A stretch of 63,609 nucleotides of DNA, filler included, from Octopus bimaculoides (GCF_001194135.2; 5 parts of 3 records of this genome joined end to end with filler, not necessarily neighbours in it), one strand, 5' to 3'. Shown: positions 1 to 14,710, counted from the whole stretch's first letter. The notes: a model not told the origin generated them from the letters alone. Numbers and translations: made by a program.

Positions 1-71
1 GGCGTAGAAATACCAACACCGGTTGTCAAGCAGTGGCAGTGGGGGACAAACAGAGGCACAAAGACGCGCGC

Positions 72-129
<58 letters not shown>

Positions 130-255
130 CAGGCTTTCTTCAATTTCCGTCAAACGAAACTACCCACAAGGCTTTGGTCGGCCAGAGGATATTGTTGAAG
201 GCACTTGCGCAAGGTACCATGCTTTGGGACTGAACCTGGAGTTATGTTGAGTTAC
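1..255 (-). mobile_element. tRNA-headed SINE, family A (internal (CA/TG)n tract), partial
   Basis: Reverse complement matches the + strand copies at 39665-40115 and 57418-57830 (ggttcagtccca..., gccgaccaaagccttgtgggtag..., gcttgacaaccggtgttgg); (CA)n at about 77-128. Confidence 0.8.
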
Positions 256-780
256 ACGCCTATGTATACGTTAATCAAACAACCCAAAAATATCAAATTG
301 ATACACCTGTTTATCAGGTGTAAACAGTTAGATCACTTTGCAACCATCCACACTTTCAAATCCTGAGTTCATATATTTCCATATAGTTACAGTTCTCAAT
401 CATTACCCATCCACCATTGTTTTCAATTTCGGATTATTATTTCTATAACATCTGCACTTTTATTGCAGAATTTTTCATTCCAAATTTCTGTATCCGGAAT
501 TTTGAATTCCTGCATTTTTACTGTTTTGTTATTTTGTGTTTTTGGAAAACAAAAGTAATAGAAAAGAAAATCTCGATTTGGTCTGGTATTCATCTGTATA
601 TAGACGTTTATACTCTGGCTTGGTTTTGAAGCATCGGCATGTATGAGAATTATTATGCGACGGTTTAAGGCTATTGTAACGACGTATACATGAGTTTCCG
701 CAAGAGCGTATTGATTTAACTGTATACATAAACAAAAGTGTGTGCATGCGTACGTGTGTGTGTGTGTGTGTGTGTGTGAC

Positions 781-1018
781 TGAGTGGTTAGGGCGTTGCA
801 CTCATGATCGTAAGATTGTGGTCTCGACTCCTGAGCCGAGCGATATGTTCTGTTCTTGACCAAAACACTTAACTTCACTTTGCTCCAGTCCATTCAGCTG
901 ACAAAGGTGAGTAATCCTGTGTCGGATCGATGTCCTGTCCATATAGGGAATATATATGCCATAGAATCCGGGAAACTGGCCCTTATGAGCCTATGGCTCA
1001 GGAAGGAAGTTTGATCCT

Positions 1019-1020
<2 letters not shown>
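781..1020 (+). mobile_element. tRNA-headed SINE, family B (V-domain-like core), with TATG/TA tail
   Basis: A-box/B-box-like head (gtggttagggcg...gtctcgactcc), then aacacttaacttcactttgctccagtccattcagctg and a microsatellite tail. The V-domain label is recalled, not searched. Confidence 0.55.
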
Positions 1021-1050
<30 letters not shown>

Positions 1051-1060
1051 TGTATGTATG

Positions 1061-1115
<55 letters not shown>

Positions 1116-1346
1116 NNNNNNNNNNNNNNNNNNNNNNNNNNNNNNNNNNNNNNNNNNNNNNNNNNNNNNNNNNNNNNNNNNNNNNNNNNNNNNNNNNNNN
1201 NNNNNNNNNNNNNNNNNNNNNNNNNNNNNNNNNNNNNNNNNNNNNNNNNNNNNNNNNNNNNNNNNNNNNNNNNNNNNNNNNNNNNNNNNNNNNNNNNNNN
1301 NNNNNNNNNNNNNNNNNNNNNNNNNNNNNNNNNNNNNNNNNNNNNN

Positions 1347-1403
<57 letters not shown>

Positions 1404-1959
1404 CATACAAAATATGGAGGTTTAGTTCAAAGGTAATCGAAACGATTGAGTACGCTAGTTAGGTGCCGTAACAGATTACTAGGGTTCCAGGGTTATAGCT
1501 AAGACACTAGTTGTGGAGCCATTACAGATTTCCGATATACCGAGTATGTAATTGTTAAAGAAGTCAATAAACGTTAAGGCAAGGCAAACATCTCAAGTCA
1601 TATACATTATTATTATTGGAAAAGAAATTCAAAGTCTCACAGCTGTTTCTAGGATATCCCATAGTCTGGGGTATTCCATCAGGTCCTGCGAGTGAAGCAC
1701 AGTGTAAGAAGCTATTTAGGCATCCTTTACTGAAATATATATACATTGTATTATTCGCGATGGTCTAGATATTCTCAGTCACTTACCAAAGATAGTGAGC
1801 TACAATTCAATTATTGCTACTTTTTATGTTAATTTATGCATTCACAACTATAGAATCAGAGCAATTAAGTATTGACTTGGTACACACCACTTTGAATTGT
1901 CAGAACACATCGAAAAATCTTAATCGTTGATGGAGTGAAATTATTATTACGAATCAATT

Positions 1960-2095
1960 TTCCGCCGTGGTCGACTTTACTTTCCAACATCTCGGGATTG
2001 ATAAAATAAGTACCCGTTGAGCACTGGGGTCAATTCAATCGACTCACTTCCTCCCCCGAAATTGCTGGCCTCGTGCCAAAATTTGAAACCAATAT
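1960..2095 (+). mobile_element. SINE family C, 5'-truncated
   Basis: gtcgactttactttcc...gataaaataagtac...cactggggtc...cctcccccgaaattgctggcctcgtgccaaaatttgaaa matches copies at 25055-25251, 41475-41595 and 53177-53297. Confidence 0.8.
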
Positions 2096-2109
2096 TACAA
2101 AATAATTTA

Positions 2110-2400
2110 TTTTATATTTGATAGCTTAGAGTACCGACAAATATCAAGGACAGCGATAGAGACAAAAGTTGCCTCCATCAAGGCTATCGTAATGACCGGT
2201 TATCATGAGAAGAACATGTATGAAAAATCATTGCAGATGTTTGGAAACACATTTTACGTTTACTTAAAAAACAACTGGAAAAGATATCTAGAGCGGATAT
2301 CTTATTAATAGCAAAATATATAATATTAAATTCATGAGAGATTTCAAATAGAATGAACTGCCATATTTAGATAATTTAGATGGAAAAAAAAAGACATCTT
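2110..2400 (+). mobile_element. Degenerate Penelope-like RT fragment
   Basis: Manual translation YRQISRTAIETKVASIKAIVMTGYHEKNMYE...NWKRYLERI, then NIKFMRDFK*NELPYLDNL. This resembles the PLE RT pattern YxQxxGTAMGTxMAP...WxRYxDD...NIKFTxE...ELPFLD. Catalytic DD is lost. Confidence 0.6.
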
Positions 2401-3989
2401 ATATTAACCTACGAATGTTTTCCCCATCCAATCATTCTAAATAAGCAAGAACGAACACCTCATTTGTCTGTCGTGTCGTGTTGTACTAATCAAAAGCTTG
2501 TAATACAGTTGTTTGCTCTTTCATTAAATAATTTTGATCAACTGATAGTAACAATACCATAATTTGCATAAGAATGACGTCATAATTGTGTTTTCCTTTA
2601 AAGCTGACCAGCCTCTTTTATTGTTCTTTTTCATTATTATTAGTCAACGTTGTCAGTAACGTAAGGGAGGTAAGTCTTTCATTTATCAACGATACTTCAC
2701 CATTTAAACGTTTTATTTTTTAAATTTTATACGGCCTTCGTAACAGCGAATATCTAACAGAGAATATTTAACAAGAGAACAGAGAATATTTAACAAGAAA
2801 ATCTCTAATCTTTCATTCTAACCACATGCTCAAACCATTGTAGACGGTGTTTCATCATGGTTGATTCTATTCTTCGGTTGTTGTCTTCTAAGACAGAAAT
2901 AATGATTATGCAGTCCTTCCATTTGTTGTTTATGATGGCGTGGAGTTTTGGTTAATGAAAATGGCCAAACCTTTTGATAAACGTCAGGGTGAGACAGAAA
3001 AACATGCCACTCTTACAGTTTAAATGTACATAAGCTTGTGAAGTTAGGAAGATGGTGACTGTTATGTCTTGTAGCTAATGTTCTACAGCTTTTTGCTTTT
3101 TAATTACCATTATGATTTGGACCGAAACATACCGTATGTTTACTGATAAATCATTTGTCAACTTGTAAAATGTGGGAGGTTAAAAGCTGCACCACGTATG
3201 ATGATGTTATGATGATGCCAAACTAATCGACCACCATTTTATTCATTGAGTTAAATGTTTATCTTTTATGGCGAACGTCTAACCCTATAAATATAACTGA
3301 AATCTGCACGCGTATGCATAAGATTCGGCAGCATATTTAAGAAAGACTTACGGCAGCCTATGCTTGATTGTTATTCAAGTGAAAGACCACTGACTTGGAG
3401 CAATATAGCTTGGAAGCAGTGTCGTCAAAGTGTGGCTCTAAAAATGCATTTTGCTCAACCGACCAACAGTTCCACCAATCAACAGTCAACTCTGAAAGGA
3501 TGAAAATAGAGTTGACCTCAGCGAGATAAGGACTCATAAAACAGGATGTTAGATCAAATATTATGAGTCATTCAACTCAACGATCTAGCAACTCTAAACA
3601 AACGCTTTACACACACCACAAACACGCGCGCACGCACACGCACACACGCACCCTCACATGTATGCATGCATGTATGTATGTATCATTTAATATACACAGT
3701 AAATTACACAGTACACATACACAATAAACTGGCAAATATATTTGTTATGCCCTGTGCTTCCAACCAATTCTTCCAGCACAAATGCACAACATGGATGGTC
3801 TTATTTGAAAAGCGAGAGAGGATGCATGGCTATGAGAAAACACGAGAAGGACGAGAGGAAGGAGAAGGCAAAAGTTGGGAAGAGAAAAAGTGGAACGAGA
3901 AAGCAAAAGGTTGAACGACATTTGCTTCTGATAAGACCCTACAAAGTAGGTGCCTCGCACGACTCTCCAAGGAATAAAGGGCGTTGTCT

Positions 3990-4944
3990 TGTTATCCATT
4001 AGTTTCTTTCGTTGTTCGCAAAAAGAGTTCGTATTCCATGTTTTCGTATTTCATGTTGTTTACGTTTTATTATGTCCTGTACCTATATATGCATATCCAT
4101 ATGCATATATATGTAACTATGTACATATATGTATGCATATNNNNNNNNNNNNNNNNNNNNNNNNNTATATATATAATTTATATTATTATATGATTGAACG
4201 CCACGCATCCATTTCCAAGTAAGTTTATCTTAATAATTTTGATGCCACTCTCTACTCTTCTCTCCCCCTTTCGTTTCCTCTCTCTTCCTTTCTCTAATTC
4301 TTTTTCTCTCCCCTTCACCGTTCTTTATCTGTCCTCTTTCTTTTTCACTCTTCCTCCTTTACTCTCTCGTTGGTCACACGTGACCATTGGCCATTTTTTT
4401 CTAACTTGAGCTTCTTTGCTTTTGATTTGCCACACAGATCACATGCATTTTGTCTGTCTCCTCTCCTATCTTTTCTCCTGTCAAAGCTTGTGCCTCCAGC
4501 GTTCGCCACCTCACCTCGTTATGGCTTAGTAGCCCTTACTGTTTGTTTTCACTGTCCTGTTTTTGTTACCAACGTTGACCCTCCGCAAATCCCTAATTTT
4601 ATTTTACTTTGCGGGTGCAACTGTTTTCTCGCAAATACATCTTCTCGTAATTGCTCGAAATGTGGAGTAGATAAACAGCCGACAGCTGATGAAGGGTCGT
4701 TCTTTATGTTACTTGTCTTGTTTTCCATTTGTTTCTTTCGTTGTTCGCATGTTTTCGTATTTCGTATTTCGTATTTCATCTTGTTTTCGTATTTCATGTT
4801 TTTACGTTCTTTGACGTCCTGTACCCATATATGCATAAGTATATGCATATATATGTATGGATGTACATATACGTATGTATATATGCATATGTATATTATT
4901 TATATTATGATATGATTAAACGCCATGCGTCCATTTCCGAGTAA

Positions 4945-4950
<6 letters not shown>
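3990..4950 (+). mobile_element. Non-coding interspersed repeat in partial tandem (3' fragment 3990-4230 plus longer copy about 4245-4950), PLE pseudo-LTR-like
   Basis: Both units end in acgcca(c/t)gc(a/g)tccatttcc(a/g)agtaag. Homologous copies at about 57880-58235 and 60620-61182. Carries gctcgaaa(t/c)g and ctgatgaag motifs. Confidence 0.6.
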
Positions 4951-4990
<40 letters not shown>

Positions 4991-5511
4991 NNNNNNNNNN
5001 NNNNNNNNNNNNNNNNNNNNNNNNNNNNNNNNNNNNNNNNNNNNNNNNNNNNNNNNNNNNNNNNNNNNNNNNNNNNNNNNNNNNNNNNNNNNNNNNNNNN
5101 NNNNNNNNNNNNNNNNNNNNNNNNNNNNNNNNNNNNNNNNNNNNNNNNNNNNNNNNNNNNNNNNNNNNNNNNNNNNNNNNNNNNNNNNNNNNNNNNNNNN
5201 NNNNNNNNNNNNNNNNNNNNNNNNNNNNNNNNNNNNNNNNNNNNNNNNNNNNNNNNNNNNNNNNNNNNNNNNNNNNNNNNNNNNNNNNNNNNNNNNNNNN
5301 NNNNNNNNNNNNNNNNNNNNNNNNNNNNNNNNNNNNNNNNNNNNNNNNNNNNNNNNNNNNNNNNNNNNNNNNNNNNNNNNNNNNNNNNNNNNNNNNNNNN
5401 NNNNNNNNNNNNNNNNNNNNNNNNNNNNNNNNNNNNNNNNNNNNNNNNNNNNNNNNNNNNNNNNNNNNNNNNNNNNNNNNNNNNNNNNNATATATATATA
5501 TATATTATATA

Positions 5512-5551
<40 letters not shown>

Positions 5552-6246
5552 CGTGCGTGTGCGTGTGTGTGTGTTTACTCCCCATCAATGCTTGACAACT
5601 GGTGCTGGTTGGTTTATGTCCCTGTAACTTCGCGGTTGAGCGAAAGAGACCGATAGGCTTGACGCTATAAGTCATGGGGTGATTGTTCAACTAAAACACT
5701 TCTAGGTGGTGCTCTAGCATGGCAGCACTCAAATGGCTGAAGCAAATAAAAGAATATATATATATTAAACACATGCACTTCAGCAACTCTCTATCTCACG
5801 TGCCTCTTCTTGTCCTGCTTATTCCATTTTATATATATGTATACGTATGTAGGGATTGAAGTTTACATATATACATATACACTTCAGGTAGTTATATAAA
5901 AATCAAGAAATTTTGACTTACAATTACTCGTTAGTAAGATGCAAGGGAAAAATGTATTTCACAAATACAGCCACATCTGCAAAGGCGGTATCATGTATGA
6001 TTCTATTCCAACGTTCTGACTTCCTAATTCTGACTTCACATGTAATAAGATTGTTTCTTTGGCGTCATGTAAACAATCAATTCACTTAAAATATGACAGT
6101 TTCATAAAAATGACACTCAACTTCACAAAAGATCATAACGTCGGATATTAAATGCAAACTTATTTCTAATTAGAGCTGCGAAAATCAGATATCTAAATGT
6201 CAAGTAACATTGTATATTTAATACAGTCTTTACACTCACCCAAACG

Positions 6247-6304
<58 letters not shown>

Positions 6305-6599
6305 NNNNNNNNNNNNNNNNNNNNNNNNNNNNNNNNNNNNNNNNNNNNNNNNNNNNNNNNNNNNNNNNNNNNNNNNNNNNNNNNNNNNNNNNNNNNNNNN
6401 NNNNNNNNNNNNNNNNNNNNNNNNNNNNNNNNNNNNNNNNNNNNNNNNNNNNNNNNNNNNNNNNNNNNNNNNNNNNNNNNNNNNNNNNNNNNNNNNNNNN
6501 NNNNNNNNNNNNNNNNNNNNNNNNNNNNNNNNNNNNNNNNNNNNNNNNNNNNNNNNNNNNNNNNNNNNNNNNNNNNNNNNNNNNNNNNNNNNNNNNNNN

Positions 6600-6677
<78 letters not shown>

Positions 6678-7040
6678 CATACATACATACATATAGATAT
6701 AGATATATATGTATATAAGAAAAGATACACACACACACACACATACATATCTGCTCATAGACGAACGAAGGCAGGTGCGATTATTCATGAAAGTGTGTTC
6801 GTATGTGGCTTTGTGTATTCATGAATGCATATATGTGTGTATATATATGTGTGTATTTAAGGATATGTATATGGGGTGTGAGTATGCACACGTTCTGTCT
6901 AGCCTAGCTTAAGCTTATGGTTAAAGTGAAATGTAGTATATATATAAATATATATATATACGTCCATATAAATATGTACAAATAGATACGTGGGTCTTGT
7001 GCTCTGTTGGATGTGTGTGTACTTGTGTGTGTGCGTATGT

Positions 7041-7095
<55 letters not shown>

Positions 7096-8219
7096 TGTGT
7101 GCGTGCGTGCTGTAAAGCGAGACAAAATACAAGAGACAACAACTGAGTGTGCAGAAGATAGAGACAGATGTACAGATGTATAGCATATGTACTGAAAGGC
7201 ATATTTACTTAATCGAAATGATACGCGCATACACACACACTCTACCCCCTCACATACAGACGCACAAACGCGCAAAACACACAAATATATACACACACAC
7301 AGAGATATCAATCTATGTCTATATCGATGTTGTTATATACATAAACACATATACTCGCTTAATTCTCCAAGTGAAATCATACATACACATGCATATACAC
7401 AAATACGCATATGTATATATATATNNNNNNNNNNNNNNNNNNNNNNNNNNNNNNNNNNNNNNNNNNNNNNNNNNNNNNNNNNNNNNNNNNNNNNNNNNNN
7501 NNNNNNNNNNNNNNNNNNNNNNNNNNNNNNNNNNNNNNNNNNNNNNNNNNNNNNNNNNNNNNNNNNNNNNNNNNNNNNNNNNNNNNNNNNNNNNNNNNNN
7601 NNNNNNNNNNNNNNNNNNNNNNNNNNNNNNNNNNNNNNNNNNNNNNNNNNNNNNNNNNNNNNNNNNNNNNNNNNNNNNNNNNNNNNNNNNNNNNNNNNNN
7701 NNNNNNNNNNNNNNNNNNNNNNNNNNNNNNNNNNNNNNNNNNNNNNNNNNNNNNNNNNNNNNNNNNNNNNNNNNNNNNNNNNNNNNNNNNNNNNNNNNNN
7801 NNNNNNNNNNNNNNNNNNNNNNNNNNNNNNNNNNNNNNNNNNNNNNNNNNNNNNNNNNNNNNNNNNNNNNNNNNNNNNNNNNNNNNNNNNNNNNNNNNNN
7901 NNNNNNNNNNNNNNNNNNNNNNNNNNNNNNNNNNNNNNNNNNNNNNNNNNNNNNNNNNNNNNNNNNNNNNNNNNNNNNNNNNNNNNNNNNNNNNNNNNNN
8001 NNNNNNNNNNNNNNNNNNNNNNNATATATATATGTGTGTGTATATGTATGTATGTATGTATATATATATGTATGTATATATATATGTATGTATATATACA
8101 CACGTATGCATACATATACATATATACTCATATATATATACATACATGTATATGTATATATCAATGTATATACATGCATATGTATATGTATATATATATA
8201 TATGTATATNNNNNNNNNN

Positions 8220-8262
<43 letters not shown>

Positions 8263-8288
8263 TATAAAATCTTTCCCTTACAATTGTC

Positions 8289-8289
<1 letters not shown>

Positions 8290-8365
<76 letters not shown>

Positions 8366-8383
8366 CATTATTATTATTATTAT
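8290..8383. repeat. (ATT)n microsatellite, about 30 units
   Basis: Directly visible; produces the polyL/polyY/polyI ORFs. Confidence 0.95.
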
Positions 8384-8697
8384 AACCAATGCTAGTATTT
8401 TCTTTTTGTAGTATTTTGCTTTTCTGTGCGTATTTTGTTTTGGGAGTTTTTTTTTCTTTTTGTTAGTGAAAGTCATCTAGATCGCCCCGAGTAAAATGCA
8501 AACAGTGCAATACGAAAATACGATAACACCACAAATACATGCATACACGTATACATAAATGCATACATACATGTGCATATACGTAAATACACACACAAAC
8601 GAAGCGCGCACCCACACAAACATATATATGTTATGCAGCTATATATATATGTACATGTATATGCACATATATACATATACATACACATGAAGCGTAC

Positions 8698-8735
<38 letters not shown>

Positions 8736-8770
8736 ATGTATATATATATGTATATATATATATGTATATG

Positions 8771-8837
<67 letters not shown>

Positions 8838-9408
8838 NNNNNNNNNNNNNNNNNNNNNNNNNNNNNNNNNNNNNNNNNNNNNNNNNNNNNNNNNNNNNNN
8901 NNNNNNNNNNNNNNNNNNNNNNNNNNNNNNNNNNNNNNNNNNNNNNNNNNNNNNNNNNNNNNNNNNNNNNNNNNNNNNNNNNNNNNNNNNNNNNNNNNNN
9001 NNNNNNNNNNNNNNNNNNNNNNNNNNNNNNNNNNNNNNNNNNNNNNNNATATATATTATACGTATGTATGTATGTATGTATGTATTTATGTATGTATGTA
9101 TTGAAAAAAATAAAAAACTAACAATGAAACAATAATGATAAAATAATGACAATAAAAACACTAGGATTTCCATCTCGGTCCATTACTCTTCGCTTCGAGA
9201 AAGATATCTTGCTAAGCAAGCAAATACGATTCATTGCCATCGATACGTCGTGTTTCGCCTCTCTTCGACTTATTCGGAATCGTTCGAGTGGTTTACACTC
9301 GTTCTTGCATGAACAGGTCTGTTGTGGATACAATTCTCTTACCGCTGTTTTGATTTCATTCCATTCTGCATACAGCTCCGTATGTATAAATGCATGTATG
9401 TGTGTATG

Positions 9409-9439
<31 letters not shown>

Positions 9440-10083
9440 GTATGTAAGTATGTATGTATGTATGTATGTATGTATGTATGTATGTATATGTGTGTATGTT
9501 CTATTTCACTCTCTCGTTCTCTCTCCCTTTCTTCCTCTCATCCTTTACTTTCGTTTACTCTCATTTTCCATTGTGGAATTCTTTAAAAGATATAAGTAGA
9601 AACTGTATATAAACAGCAGTAATAATTACTTCTTAATGATAATGCCATTAAACTGCTTTATAATTCACTATTGGCTTTCGGTAATTTCTTTTTCTTTTAC
9701 TTCTAGTGTAAGGTTTTTGATGTCAATAGTAGAACAACGTAAGAATGAACTAGTGTCTGCAACTTATTCTGCTTTGTTATATCAACGTAAAACAAAAGAG
9801 CTCTCATAAGGGATATTTTATTGCTTGCTGTTTCATGCCGTCTAAGCAACTATTGACTTTGCTGGAACATTTTAAATGAATTCTAAACTGGTGTTGGAAG
9901 AGTAAGAAGGAGAAAGGAATATTGAAGAAATAAAGACGTGGTAGTCATCATCCATCGCTGTAAGTACTTGTAGTGGTATTCAAATAATAGTTGATTCGTT
10001 TGATGGCTTGCAGTGATGATTTCGAATTCCTTCTACAGTAATATGTACCTGACATGCTGTGGTTCCTTACCAGAAAGAAAGGG

Positions 10084-10143
<60 letters not shown>

Positions 10144-10216
10144 NNNNNNNNNNTGTGCGCGTGTGCGTGTGCGTGCGTGTGCGTGCGTGTGCGTGCGTGT
10201 ACGTGCGTGTGCGTGC

Positions 10217-10247
<31 letters not shown>

Positions 10248-10570
10248 TGTGTATGTATGTATGTATGCACGTATGTTATTTTTCAGTTTTATCTCAAGAT
10301 TTCTTGCCAATAGAGAAAGAGCCGGTTTCTAACCTAGATCCCAGGCTCTTTCATTGGAATTTCAGAACATCAAGAGGGTATCTTTGCATTTATGTGTGTT
10401 TATTTGTAGTATTTCGAGTCAATGCATGCACGGATTTGTATGTCTTGTTTTATATATGTATACATGCATGTATGTATGTATATGTTAATATTTGTTATGT
10501 TTTCGTAAAACCATTTTACATTAAATTGAGAGATGACTCAATACATTTGGGAGAGTATAAATATATTATT

Positions 10571-11063
10571 CTTTAACAAGAATAGTATTGACAGTGATCT
10601 CGAAGTTTCGGCCAGTTAAATCATCAAACTGAATTCAGAGTTAAAACCTTCATTTTCTCAAAACAAGCAGTTAAATATCTTATTAATATCCAGATAAAAC
10701 CAACAACAACTAAATCTGTTAACGCATCAGCTGGCGAACATACACCTCTAACCTAACCTTGTTCGTTTGTAAATCCCTATGACCTGAAGATGATAAACCT
10801 AAATATACACACCTAGTTCCAAAGTTCTGCACGCATAAATAAATTCTAAACAATATAACCCCAAATTTAATCAATAAAAATTCTCAATAATACGTTGCCC
10901 TCACAACCTACCATACAACCTAATTATCATTCAACAGAACACAGCTTACCCTAGAAAATCTAGAAAACTTAACAAAGATTATATAAAGCCAAGATGAACT
11001 CAAATGCATCACAGTCCGCTAGTCGAAACTTCGAGGTCACTGTCTATACTACTCTTGTTAAAG
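10571..11063. mobile_element. AT-rich element bounded by a 42-bp inverted repeat with hammerhead-like remnants (PLE-like)
   Basis: 10571-10612 is the reverse complement of 11022-11063 at 38/42 nt (g(c/t)cgaaacttcgag(a/g)tcactgtc(a/t)atacta(t/c)tcttgttaaag). Confidence 0.55.
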
Positions 11064-12558
11064 AATTATATGTATATATACATGTGTGTGTGTGTGAATG
11101 TGTGTACGCGTGCGAGCGTGTGTATGTCGTCCCCGTAGCATTGCAAAAACTGTGGATAATTAATTGTTATTGAAAGGATCATTGGGACTTCAAATTGGAT
11201 TATTTTGTTATGTCTTAGAAAAGAGTTCTTGTGCCAATATCTGTATGATTTTAGTCTGTCCAGTAGAACTAACATAAGATTATCTACATCTTTTATAAAC
11301 AAACTTGCAGTTTAACCATTGTAATTTTGCCATGGATAAAGACCTCTTGTCTCCCCATCCTTCTCTCTTACCTATATCTCTTCCTTTTCCTCCCTCTTAC
11401 CCTTTTTCACATTCTCTCTTACATCCTCTAAACTTTTTAGCCAATTTTTATGTCCATTTTTCACTCAACTTTTTTTCGCATACAATCTTTTCTTAAGAGC
11501 CACTTCCTTTCAGGCTATGAATGAAGATTGATGTTTTTGTTGCTCTAGCTTCGACAAAAAACGTTCAGTTATCGCCGCAACATATGATATTCAAATCAGA
11601 TACACTGCATGTTGAACGGTATGGCAGAGCGTAAACTTCCATGATATTTGATAACAGACAATACGTTAATGAACACTGCAGACCGAGTGAGACAAGCACA
11701 AAAATCATAGAGATACAAAATGTGAGACCACTCACTGTTACACTAAATAATAGTTTAACAAGTCATTTAGGAGGTTTAACAAGTCATTAAGAAGCAGTAG
11801 TCAATAACCCTCAAATTATACCATGTTACTTTACGAAAGAAAGGAAATATTGAATACAGAAGTTTGGTTAAAATATGTCTGGAAATACAAGATAAGTTTG
11901 TTATGGGCGGAATGATGTCCATCATAGACTTTCTCCATCAGGGTTAACCTAGGGCTAAACAACAACAACAAGAACAGCAATGACGACAACAACAACGATA
12001 TATTGTACCTACTGACGCAGAAATCCATGTCCTCAGTTTACTTTCTAATCTATCTTTTCTCTAATACCATGCGAATTTAGTAGCTTTCTTGATCTTTGAC
12101 TTTTTTTCTTCTGGAAGTTAGTCACAATTTTCGCCAAGCATCTGCATACCATTCTCTCTAAAGAAAGATAATTTTGAATTAATTCAGCATTTAAATTCTA
12201 CAATATTTGATATATTTTTTATTCATCTTGAGTGTACGCGCGCGCGCGCGCACACACACACACACCTTTTTATCTTCTGCTTGTTTTAGTCATTGAGCTA
12301 CGCCTGTATTGGTACTTATTCGATCGGGCGTGAATCTAGAGTTCTCATTAGATCGACGCCTGTGTGGGTTGCTTTGAAAATATGTTTCCATAGGATTTTG
12401 AAATATTCAATTTCACAATCGATTCAATATGAATCGATTTGTGTATTGTACGATTTTTTATATCTGAAACTGCTTACGTAATAGAAATGCGTGTAGGCCT
12501 TTGTATGATGTAATTCTGAATTAAAGATGCGTTATTCTTCGTTCTCGTTAATGTCTTG

Positions 12559-12603
<45 letters not shown>

Positions 12604-13736
12604 TATAAAGAAAATAAGTAACAAGGATGTCCAAGTATCAGTGCATTACGGCCGTTTCAAGCGGCTCCATTCAATAGATCAATGAAAACATTACATCAAT
12701 TTGAAATAAACCGCTCCCTTTGGCTGCAGATGACCATATAACTTTACAACATAAAGGATAAACCATTATTTTTTAAGCATATTTTCATCACTACACGTGA
12801 CCAAACTAATTACATTGTTTCCTCTTGCTATTTTCGTAACAAAATGAATTAGGGGGGAAAATGTATACCTAAAGCCTACTATAATTTAGAGTGGCAAAGG
12901 AAAATAATGCGGATCAAGAAAGAGGAATGGTGATGTAGCTACATTTATATTTATCTTTATATCACATTCAAAAGATTTAATGCAGTATTTTGTTTACAAG
13001 TCCTTTGAATTAAATCCATGGGAAATTGACAGTTCTTGTGTGTGGTGGAAAATTAATTAATGCCAGATACTCTCTCCGGTCGCTATATTACTGGGACCAT
13101 ATATCCATCTCTTATCTAAATAAAAGGATATATCTCAGAGTTGCTAGTAAGATAATGACAGATAGAGAAGAGGTGATAGCCAGAAAGAAGGACAGGGTGG
13201 CTAATCATACTATATTTATCAAATAAAAGGGGCATAAATTGGAAAACAAAAGAGGTCAAAATGAGTTCTAAGTGTGGGAATTAAAAGTGAGAGTAACAAG
13301 GTGTATCTTAACTTAGCAAACTTTATATATTAAAAATTGAGAAAAGGACTTTAGAACCATTTAAGAGAAAAAGAATATACTGAACTGGCTTGTTGCCTCA
13401 ATTTAAGTACCTAATTCAACTGAACCTTAATTATTTCTTTTATATATATGTATACGTACTTGTTGCTTCTGCTAAATATTAATAAAAATATAAATATATA
13501 CTCATGTTTTGAGTTCTATTTTTCGTTTGCATCACCGTATATGGATGTGTGTGTGTGTGTGTGTGTGTGTATGAAGGACTTAGGATTCATTTTTATAATT
13601 TCAACTGTCCTGCTTTTATTTTCCTTCTTGTCATATGCATAGGAGAGTCTGAGTTTGTTTTCAATCCCTAAAAGTGCCTTTTTGAGGTAGGACTCATGAA
13701 TTTCTTTATCTAAACGATTTAATATCTTTATGTATG

Positions 13737-13770
<34 letters not shown>

Positions 13771-14644
13771 TGTATGTATGTATGTATGTATGTACTTTTC
13801 TGAATAAGCTCTTAGTGTAGAGTCGATAGACTGGAATGTAACACAGCGACTCTTATGATAAGAGGCGATCTACAATTAGAATTTTGAACTGTTAATCTTA
13901 ATGTTTTTAAATCTCACATTGGGCAATATTTTTGTTTCACCGTCATATGTATTGTCACCACAAACATCTCTACCTTCTCCTCTCAACAGCACATCTATAT
14001 TTCTTCTTACCAACGCCGGCTACCAGACTAACACCAACACCAATGCTACAGCCATCTATATTATTGCCACTAGCCATCTGACGAAAAACAAATTATGAGG
14101 GTAGTAACATGGCAACAATAGCAGGTACAATAACAATAACGAAACCAAAAACGCTGCTAACAATATCAGCGGCCATAATTATATCTTTAATATGAGGTTG
14201 GATAGCGATTGTCTTCACGATATGTGTATGTGTATAGCGGGAAATGTATGTATATGTACATATGGTTAGAAATGTATGTGTGTGCACGACATGATGATGG
14301 CAAAATGCAAATGGGATGATGAATAAATGATACTTTCTCTTTAATAACAACAAAAGCAACAACAACAGCAAAACAACTAAAACAACAACAGCAGCAAGAA
14401 GAAGAATTTAGAAACTGTGCAACCAAGAAACCAGCAAGCCAGCTAGCCAGTCAACCAGCCAGCCAACCAATCAACTAACGGATCATTCAAACAACCAATC
14501 AACCAGTCAACCAAACAAAAACACAACCGGAAGTGGAAAATGAAGAGGCATGTGGGTAACGGTAATGGTGTTAGTTCGGGTGGAAACGTTACAGGAATAC
14601 AATTTTGTCGGCTGCTTTATTCTTCATTCTATTCATACTCTTTC

Positions 14645-14655
14645 CTTTGTTTCTC

Positions 14656-14710
<55 letters not shown>

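Noticed and set aside
1640-1740. Minus-strand AGPDGIP, a LINE RT-like motif
   Set aside because: It is too short and the flanks too degenerate to support a feature.
894-8805. Many long ORFs ([12 protein letters not shown], polyI/L/Y, X runs)
   Set aside because: They are translations of microsatellites and N gaps; the same applies throughout the window.
12414-12443. 13-bp hairpin cacaatcgattca-ata-tgaatcgatttgtg
   Set aside because: It is isolated, with no element boundary; bacterial terminator logic does not apply.
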